This document shows, one piece after another, positions 52,314-60,894 of a stretch of DNA of 64,000 nucleotides. The notes below the pieces were generated by a model. That model saw nothing but the letters and a program-made list of their open reading frames with translations, had not been told where the DNA came from and did not search any database. Position 1 is the first letter of the stretch; every line of letters begins with the position of its first letter. A program made the translations under genes and the position numbers. The DNA comes from Basidiobolus meristosporus CBS 931.73 (Eukaryota > Fungi > Basidiobolomycota): NCBI GenBank assembly GCA_002104905.1, contig MCFE01000366.1, positions 22,949 to 86,948 of the forward strand, given 5' to 3'.

Positions 52314-54469
52314 ACCTGCTGAGGCAGATAAGCCACAGCTCCTATCAGCCAAATTTTCTTGTAAATCCATATACATATATATATCCTTTTCATCTTCTCT
52401 GTCCCCACATATCTGTTCGCGCGTCATATATAGCTGTATGCATCTGTGGACGGTCGTTCCTAACAACCACTCTGCCAGAAGACCCCTCCAAATACAATCC
52501 CGAATGACTCATTGTTGATAAAGTTAAAGTTGGTTTATGCAGTTCGAGACATCACATGGCCATCCTAAGATCTGGAGATCGATTGCAGCCCGATCGATAG
52601 TGAATGCGTGCGTTTTGCCTTTCATCCTTGTGCTCTGAAAAATGGAAAAGCGGGCCAAGTGTTTGCTGCACATTCTTCTGTCGATTGGGGCAAGTAAGCT
52701 GGCGTTGATCGGATGGTATGGTGGTATGAAGAGCCCCATACATCTATTCTAAAACTATTGGCCAGATGTGCAGTCTCAGAAACTCGGTAAATGCAGCTGT
52801 CGTGTCGCGTCGAGGGCTGATTTTGAGTTACGTTACAAAGTTCCCCACCAACTGACACAAATATATACAAAAGCGATCCATTTCCAGCACCAATCTACCA
52901 GATTGCATCAAAATCACGGATGTAGACCACTAACCGGTATTGGTAGCCGAGTAATGGTCAAGCCTTACGCCAGCAAGTCCTCCATCAACATTAATGATAG
53001 TTGTTACAAGGGTTATGCAAGAGCATCGATCGAGAGCCAACAGCCGTGGTATGGCTGGTTGTAGCGGAAAGAAACCGGTAATTAAGGAGTCCCCAAACCG
53101 CAGCAACCATGCCGGCAACAGCTCTGTAACATACATTTAGTTGATCGAGGAGGTGTATAGATTCCACCTGCCTCCAATGCGGAGAGCATGTTCACCAGGA
53201 TTAATTCAAACAAAGCCTTCAGGTATAGGTCTATCCAACGCCAACCTCTTGTATGCAGGGAAATTTCATGGTGAATCGACCTGCAGGATACGCCAAGTTC
53301 GTTCAGCCTGGATACAGATCAGGGGTCTAAATCGCCCGCTACCCATCAATCGCTCTTAGCCATGGCGCTTGCTTTTCCACTCTTGGTTATTGGCGTTCAT
53401 GTAGGATAGACAGGCATCAAACCGGTCAATACCCCGAAAATTTTAGGCCAAGCCATATCTGGATCGTTGCGAGTTTGGTACATCTGCGGCGCTTAGATGG
53501 AGGGATTCTATCTGAACTCATGATATACACAGTAGTGTGTTGATAAATACATATAAAGCTGTAAACTTGAGAGTGTTACAGGATAAGCGGTTGCATGGAG
53601 TTGTTGATCTGCAGAAAATACCCTGTTAGCCTCTCTACCCTCAGAGAGGATTTGTTAGGTTTAAAAATGCCTGTATAAAACCGACCGAAATAAAAGGCGG
53701 AAGTCGAAGAATACGATACTTGCTGATGTCTTACGAAGTGTCCACGTAATTAATATATTATTGGAGATGGTGTTTTGGAGGTGGATAATTACTTGTTATT
53801 TCTTATGATTTCTTAGACGCTTCATCTGGTCACGCTATGTCATGTGGAAACCAAACTTACAATACTGATTTAGGAGGTAACTGCTGATGTTACAACCAGA
53901 TAAATAATCTAACTTGTACACAGCTTCCAATCAAACATAAAAAGATCAAGGTAAAGCTCCTTTCAGGAAATTACAAAGCTAAGAGGTTAGGGAGGTATTA
54001 TACTGAAAGTATTTAGGATGAGTATCTCCCACTACTGAAACCCATCCAGGGATAGGCAAGGGAAAGTCATCAACTTGGGGAAATATTTATTTTGCTAGGT
54101 AGGTACACAACCACTAAAGTTTAAATAAAGAAGCCAGCTGAGAGTTGTGGAATCACTTATGTGAAAGCATAGCTTATACTTTATCTATTAAGATATGCTA
54201 TACTAAATGAATATAAGTTCTTACAGGGAAAAGAGAAATCAAGGGGTTTTGGGGGAATTACAAGTCACACATGATGCTTGCTTATAAATCAAGCATAGCA
54301 GCAAAAAACTAGAATCATGCTGTCTATGAAAGGGGCATTGACTGGTAGGTAACTATGCACCAAGCAAGAAGGTGACCAACCATCACATCATTGTGCTTTT
54401 GTGCTTTCAGCAACTGATGATGTGATTTATGCTCAAGGTTCCCTGAACCTATGAGAAATAATTGTGATG

Positions 54470-55315
54470 ATCCCATCAAAAGGCCATCACAAAATTTAAA
54501 TTCCATGGCTACAAGGTATTGATCCTGTCAGAACACTGTGTAAAGGCTGCCAAACCCTAAATCTAACACTAACATTAAGCCTAACCCCACACATGACAAG
54601 TAACTCCATCAAAATTCACCATTTAATAAGTGTTTTTGCTGAAGCATGCTATTTCCATGGCTTTAGTGGGAACCCTATGGCTTTATGCCATTGTTCATTT
54701 AATGGTTCCCATACATCCTGGTCTTCAGCTAGCACTGCAAAACCTAGCAGCTTATCTGCACATCTTTGCAATAAGTCCTTGCAATATTTAAGAGCATTTT
54801 TCTGAGCACTGCTCTTGAAGAAGTGCTGCAACCACTTGGTCTGCCTATAAATGTTCCAAAATTTCCATTTAGGCATTTTGGTTGCTTTGTCTGTCAGTAG
54901 GATCTCCATTGTGTCTAACCTATAAGTGATTGTTGAGATGATCCTGTCAAATGGCCACCACAAAGATAAAGTCCTGTGACTAAGAGGTACTGATCCTGTC
55001 AGGACACTGTGCAGAGAGAGTTGAAAAATAGTGGCACCCCAGATATTGCAAAAAACTTAGTCAAAATTTTTCATCAAAATAATATAATAGTGGCTTTTGA
55101 TTGGTTCCCTGTCAATTTGCTCACTTTCTGATCCAAGACACTTGATCACCTCCTACATTTGTGTACATTAATTGGCTATTTCCTCTTTTTCACACTCCTC
55201 ACTTCCTGACTCATCTGTTTTTCTGACTTTTTATGTATACAAATTGATTTATTTCTGTTGAAACTTCAGTTGTACCTCAGTTGCCAATTGCATTGACCAA
55301 TACAAGTCCCTACAC
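54470..55315 (-). repeat. Degenerate repeat-family relic, truncated at 55315 by the first telomeric junction
   Basis: Homologous to 30528-31160; CpG-depleted; abuts TTAGGGTTAGGG at 55316. Confidence 0.7.
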
Positions 55316-55327
55316 TTAGGGTTAGGG

Positions 55328-56291
55328 GGGGATGATAATCACCACAGGGTGAAATCTTTATTTAAATTGTAAATAAAGAAGCCAAGTTTGAATATGAATA
55401 TCTGAGATAAAGTAAGCCTACAAGATAAACTTGGACTTTGCTGTATCCCAGATATCCTCAATATCAAAGTTTAGAGGAGAATGTAGCAAAACTGCTTGTT
55501 CACTGTAGTATTTCTTGAGGAAGTTTGTGACTTGAAGGGAAGGAGAGTTTTTCAACAAGCTAGTAAACCTTTTGAGGAGTTCTTTTTCCAGAGAGAATGG
55601 TACAAAGAGTGGAATGTCTAAATGATGTCTGAATATATGCTCTGAGGGCTCCCAATCCAGCATATTTTTGACTTCCTCTGTAAAATCTTCCACAATATCT
55701 TTGTCAAGAATGACTTCCAAGAGATCCCTGGCAATGTACTGAATGTTAATAATCTTGGGCATATGAATACCTAGGTCCTTGAGGTAGTTTCTTTGTTCTG
55801 AAATTGGAAGATAGCCAGCATTTCTGAAATAGCAAACAGCCCAATTGGCAGTGGGAGGAGTATCAGGGCTGACAGGAAATCTTCTTCTGGCTTTAGGTTG
55901 CACTGGCTTAGGTGGCTGTCTTATTGGGAGAACAGTGGACTTTGGATGAGCTTGAAGTGCTTGGGAGTATGTCTGAGTATGAATGGCAGGAGTTGCTGGT
56001 TGCTGACAGTGTTCATATTGACTGGAAGAAGTGCCGGTTGAGGGGTTGCAAGGTAAGGAAGTAGCTGAAAGAGAAGTAGAGAGTGCTGGGTGAAGTTCAG
56101 AGAGAGTTTTGAAAAGAACCTGGATCTGAGATTTCAACATTGAGTTTTCAGCTTCAAGAAGAGAAACTCTTTGTTCAAGGTAAGAAGTCTGTAAAGAGTG
56201 AAAGTTGGGTAAAGACATGGAAGAAGTAGATAATAAGAAGAAAAGAGTAGTTGGGGTGGGAGGGTGGGAAAATAGTTAAGAAGAAAAGAGA
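55328..56291 (-). mobile_element. Telomeric retroelement family A: ORF1-only, non-autonomous
   Basis: Flanked by TTAGGG tracts (55316-55327, ~56293-56312). A single intact ORF is followed directly by an ~87 bp 3' UTR carrying the shared TCACC-N4-GGTGA/AATAAA signal. Confidence 0.85.
55418..56218 (-). CDS. ORF1 (gag-like) protein of family A, 266 aa
   Basis: Coiled coil LEQRVSLLEAENSMLK, then NWAVCYFRN...ISEQRNYLKDLGI...IINIQY...LLEVILDKDI, homologous to family C ORF1 TWTVVYLKQ...ISNIRKALKACNI...IVNLAW...ILEVILDQNI. Confidence 0.85.
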   Translation of the reverse strand: MSLPNFHSLQTSYLEQRVSLLEAENSMLKSQIQVLFKTLSELHPALSTSLSATSLPCNPSTGTSSSQYEHCQQPATPAIHTQTYSQALQAHPKSTVLPIRQPPKPVQPKARRRFPVSPDTPPTANWAVCYFRNAGYLPISEQRNYLKDLGIHMPKIINIQYIARDLLEVILDKDIVEDFTEEVKNMLDWEPSEHIFRHHLDIPLFVPFSLEKELLKRFTSLLKNSPSLQVTNFLKKYYSEQAVLLHSPLNFDIEDIWDTAKSKFIL

Positions 56292-56312
56292 GGGGTTAGG
56301 GTAGGGTTAGGG

Positions 56313-56834
56313 GGAGGAAAGTCACCAAGTGGTGAAATCTTTATTTACTTATGACAAGTATCTAAAGAAGCCAAGTTAATCTGAAGTAATTCCTAGAAAG
56401 CTAGGTCTGAGAGATATCTTCCTGGTAAGCCAGGTCTGAGAGTTGAGAAGCTGAGTGGTACTATATTTCCTAGTTAGCTAGGTCTGAGAGAGGTTTCCTG
56501 GTAAGCCAGGCCTGAGAAGTGAGAATCTGAATATATCTGAGCTAAGTTATCATGGTTTGCGGTAGCTGAATTGTGGCCGGAATGGCCAGTAGACTGGGGG
56601 AACTGAGATACATTTCTGGGCGATCACTGGCCAAATTTACTAGGCAAATCTGGCCAATTAGCATTTCAAGGATTTCAGCCAATCAGAGCCTTTACTTTGC
56701 CCGATGGTTGATCAAGCCATCTCCCAATGAGCACACATCAATTTATTAATCAAATTTTGCTGGATCCAGGATTTGAACCCACAACCATGGGTATGGAAGG
56801 GTTAGGGATAACCACAAGGCTAGGTGTTCTTGGT
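56313..56834 (-). mobile_element. Telomeric element family B, full-length copy B1: candidate tRNA-derived SINE
   Basis: Non-coding. The 5' head has A-box TAGCCTTGTGG (56822-56812) and B-box GGTTCAAATCC (56779-56769). The 3' end shares the family A/C signal. Bounded by TTAGGG tracts. Confidence 0.75.
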
Positions 56835-56853
56835 TTAGGGGTTAGGGTTAGGG

Positions 56854-57236
56854 GGAGGAAAGTCACCAAGTGGTGAAATCTTTATTTACTTATTACAAGT
56901 ATCTAAAGAAGCCAAGTTAATCTGAAGTAATTCCTAGAAAGCTAGGTCTGAGAGATATCTTCCTGGTAAGCCAGGTCTGAGAGTTGAGAAGCTGAGTGGT
57001 ACTATATTTCCTAGTTAGCTAGGTCTGAGAGAGGTTTCCTGGAAAGCCAGGCCTGAGAAGTGAGAATCTGAATATATCTGAGCTAAGTTATCATGGTTTG
57101 CGGTAGCTGAATTGTGGCCAGAATGGCCAGTAGACTGGGGGAACTGAGATGAATTTCTGGGCAATCACTGGCCAAATATACTAGGCAAATCTGGCCAATT
57201 AGCATTTCAAGGATTTCAGCCAATCAGAGCCTTTAC
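56854..57236 (-). mobile_element. Family B copy B2, 5'-truncated
   Basis: Nearly identical to 56313-56696. Truncated at ...AGAGCCTTTAC and capped by TTAGGGGTTAGGG. Confidence 0.9.
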
Positions 57237-57249
57237 TTAGGGGTTAGGG

Positions 57250-57832
57250 GGGAGACAGTCACCAACAGGTGGAATCTTTATTTCAGTTGAAACAAAGAAG
57301 CCAGCGCTACTGTTGTAGCTTTGATACAAGAGTGTGTAGCTGAGGGGAATTTGTAGGTAAGTTAATAAGAAGTGATGATAGTTCTTCAGTGCTCAAGACA
57401 CTGTTCAGTGGGAAGGGGGGTAGCAAGAGAGGTAAGAATGACTTGTGAACAACATTAATGAGGGGAATGTGATAAGGATTGATATTCATCATAAAGGGAG
57501 TGTGCTGCTGCAGATATTGCTGCCAAAGGTCTGTCAAGTACTTCAGGTAGGCCAGCTTGGGTTTTTCTGACTGCAGAATATAGTGAGCAAACTTCTTGAC
57601 TTCAGGATCTCCAAGTATAGTTCTCCAGCAGGAGCCAGGTGTTGTGTGGTGTGTTCTCTTCCAGGCCTTAATCAGTGGGTTGTTGCAGTTGTGAAGTCTG
57701 AGGTATAATCTGGTTCTAAGGTAGAGAAGTCTGATCTTATAGGGCATAAACCCAAAAGCACCAAGAATAGCATGTCTGTAGGGGCATTCAGGCAAATGAG
57801 GCACCAAGGAGGTAATGCACCATACTGCAAAC
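57250..57832 (-). mobile_element. Family C LINE copy C1, 5'-truncated (RT C-terminus plus 3' end)
   Basis: Nearly identical to 58068-58650. Capped by a single TTAGGG at 57833. Confidence 0.92.
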
Positions 57833-57838
57833 TTAGGG

Positions 57839-58030
57839 GGAGGAAAGTCACCAAGTGGTGAAATCTTTATTTACTTATGACAAGTATCTAAAGAAGCCAA
57901 GTTAATCTGAAGTAATTCCTAGAAAGCTAGGTCTGAGAGATATCTTCCTGGTAAGCCAGGTCTGAGAGTTGAGAAGCTGAGTGGTACTATATTTCCTAGT
58001 TAGCTAGGTCTGAGAGAGGTTTCCTGGTAA
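57839..58030 (-). mobile_element. Family B copy B3, 5'-truncated
   Basis: Matches the 3' ~190 bp of B1. Capped by the telomeric tract 58031-58067. Confidence 0.9.
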
Positions 58031-58124
58031 GGGTTAGGGTTAGGGTTAGGGTTAGGGTGGGTTAGGGGGGAGACAGTCACCAACAGGTGAAATCTTTATT
58101 TCAGTTGAAACAAAGAAGCCAGCG

Positions 58125-60894
58125 CTACTGTTGTAGCTTTGATACAAGAGTGTGTAGCTGAGGGGAATTTGTAGGTAAGTTAATAAGAAGTGATGATAGT
58201 TCATCAGTGCTCAAGACACTGTTCAGTGGGAAGGGGGGTAGCAAGAGAGTTAAGAATGACTTGTGAACAACATTAATGAGGGGAATGTGATAAGGATTGA
58301 TATTCATCATAAAGGGAGTGTGCTGCTGCAGATATTGCTGCCAAAGGTCTGTCAAGTACTGCAGGTAGGCCAGCTTGGGTTTTTCTGACTGCAGAATATA
58401 GTGAGCAAACTTCTTGACTTCAGGATCTCCAAGTATAGTTCTCCAGCAGGAGCCAGGTGTTGTGTGGTGTGTTCTCTTCCAGGCCTTAATCAGTGGGTTG
58501 TTGCAGTTGTGAAGTCTGAGGTATAATCTGGTTCTAAGGTAGAGAAGTCTGATCTTATAGGGCATAAACCCAAAAGCACCAAGAATAGCATGTCTGTAGG
58601 GGCATTCAGGCAAATGAGGCACCAAGGAGGTAATGCACCATACTGCAAACTTGTCAAGCTTAGTGCAGTCTCTAGAAGTAAGAGAGAGAAGTGGTAAGCC
58701 AAATTCCAGGACAGGGAAAACAAACTGCTTGAGTAGAAGGAGGCAGCTTGGAGCTGAAGTTGTAGGAGGAGTAACAGCCAGTAGCTTGTGGAGTGCCTGT
58801 CTTGCCAGGATAATTCTCTTCTTCAGGTGTGCTCCAGAGTCTAGTCCAGTAGGAAGGAAAGGAAAGCCAAGATATGTAGCAGAAACCTGAGCAGGTAGAG
58901 TGGAGTTCTCCAAGTTGATGGGAGAGCCCAAAGGTACTGTCTTTGCAATGGAAAGCTGGAGATTATTCTTCTGCAGATACTGGTGGATGGTCTGGGAGTC
59001 TTGTTGCACATTGGAGGAGGATATTCTGATGTCATCAGCAAAGAGAGTAACCAGGCAGTCAGCTGAGAGTCTTGGGAAATCATTCAGGAAGATGGCAAAC
59101 AGTATAGGACCAAGCACAGAGCCTTGAACCACTCCATTAGGAACTGAGAACACAGCTGATTGCTCACTTGGGTGCAGAATTCTTGCTTGTGGATCCAGAA
59201 ACAGAGACCTGACAAGGAGGGTGAGAGAGGTACTGGAGAAGCATTGCAACTTGGACCAAAGCAGATTTCTGTCAACTGAATCAAAGGCCTTAGAAATATC
59301 AAACAGAACAGAGGGATACTTGCACTGGAGAGAGTGATCTTGGCTAAGTATGACTGCATATTCCAAGGAGAGGCCAGGAACAAAGCCAAACTGTGCAGGA
59401 TGAAACTTGAGGGAGTCAGAGTAGAGCTCCTGAGCAAGCAGAAGCTCAAACACCTTTCTGCAGGTGGGCAGCAGAGATATTGGCCTGTAGGAGCTAGGAT
59501 CCAGGTGCTTTCCTTTACCCTTGTACAGTGGCAGAACATTTGCAAAGGACCATTCCTCAGGAGTAGAAAGCTGGGCTGAGCATTGCTGAAACAGTGGAAG
59601 CAGAAGTGCAGACATGGCCTTGGTACTAGTCTTCAGAAGCTCATAGGAGATTGTGTCCACACCTGGAGCAGTAGAGTTGGGAAGCCTCTTGAGCACATTA
59701 TGGATTCTCCTTTGATCAAGTGCAAGTGGGATGGGCAGAGTCTTGAAGTCAGGATGAAAGCCAGGCGTTGAGTACTGCTTTGTAGAGAAGAAGATGTTAG
59801 CCAGCTGTTCTGTTGAAGGTAACTTCCTGGAAGAGGGCCTCATTGCCCTGTAGAGTCTTGATACTGTTCTTGTTATAGAGTTGGAAGATTGCAGAGGCAA
59901 AGAACTCATAATATGATCCCAGAGCTGAGTATGCAGAGTGTGGTGAATTGCCTTGGAGTGGTGTATTGCTGTCAGGAGGAGTTTCTCTGTTTTTGGGTTA
60001 GGGAAACTCAGGTAGCTTTGTTGCAGGGCTGAAACAATGGATTCCCATTTTCTTGAGGTAACAGCAGTAGTCTTGCATGGCAGTGAGAGGGAGGCAGACA
60101 CCAGAATCAGATGCTTCACAAAGAGCCAGGCATGGTTGAGATCATCTGGCAGAGAAAGTAGCAAACTGGCAAGCTTCAAGTAGTTCCCAAAGTCTTTCTT
60201 CTGATTCTTGGTAGCTTTGTGGTGTGAGCACAGTAAGTTTTGGCAGCTTCTTCTTCACAACTGGTTGCATAGAAAGGGACCAGGCTGGGTGGTCAGAGGC
60301 TCTCAAGGATCCTAGCTCAGCTCCAGAGAATTGCTTAACTTCATTCACAAAGTAGAGGGCAGCAGCAGAAGGGCAGATCCAGTCAACACATCTTTTCTCA
60401 GATTGAGCACCTAGTGCTAGCAGGTGGCTTTCTCTCAGGAAGTTCAGTAGGAATGTAGACCTTGGCTTCATTCTTGCAGTCAGAGTAGTCTTGTTCTCAG
60501 GATGGGGAATGTTGAGATCTCCAAGCAAGATAACAGGTGTTGATATAGATTGCTGGTATTGCTGAACCTTCTGGCATATAACTTGCACTTCCTGAAGGGC
60601 AAGACTTGGAGGCAGATAGCAGAGCACCAGACTGATAGTTGGCAACTGGAGAGCAGCACAGTAAGGGGAGTAAAGAGGAACACAGAGCTGAGGAGTATTG
60701 ATGGTAGAAGAGATGAAGCAGATAGAGGAGGTATTCTTTGTTCTAGGAGTAGAAAAGCAATATAGATTAGTCAAAAGTATAGAAGGTAGCTGAACATCAA
60801 TCAAACACAGGAGGGAAAATCTTGAAAGAAGTCTCTCTAGAGTTGGTCTTGATGGCTGTATGCTGTTGCAGTTAAGCAACAGAACTTCAGGTAG
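58125..60894 (-). CDS. ORF2: APE endonuclease + reverse transcriptase (one frameshift near 60142-60255 in this copy)
   Basis: APE motifs LLNCNS, CYLPP, GDLN, VDW, ASDH. RT motifs APGVD, YRPISLL, QFGF, DISKAFDSV, GVVQGSVLGPILF, FADD, YLG. No C-terminal CCHC or PD-D restriction-like nuclease seen. Confidence 0.9.

Noticed and set aside
52900-53480. Possible decayed membrane-protein gene
   Set aside because: Hydrophobic stretches occur in several frames, but no consistent gene model or family could be assigned.
56392-56510. Regularly spaced palindromic repeats resembling a mini-CRISPR array
   Set aside because: Repeats are only ~21 bp, spacers are short and partly duplicated, there are no cas genes, the context is eukaryotic, and the block is copied as part of element B.
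56759-56829. Functional tRNA gene
   Set aside because: A and B boxes are present, but the acceptor stem does not pair (GAACACC vs GATCCAG) and the T-stem is eroded. Treated as a SINE head.
56313-56834. Telomerase RNA gene (contains template-like CCCUAACCC)
   Set aside because: Multi-copy, 5'-truncated, carries a retroelement 3' end and sits within the array. No pseudoknot or other TER domain could be supported.
59995-60003. GGGTTAGGG inside ORF2 as an array junction
   Set aside because: It lies in frame within coding sequence (FPNPK) with no shared 3' signal after it. Probably coincidental.
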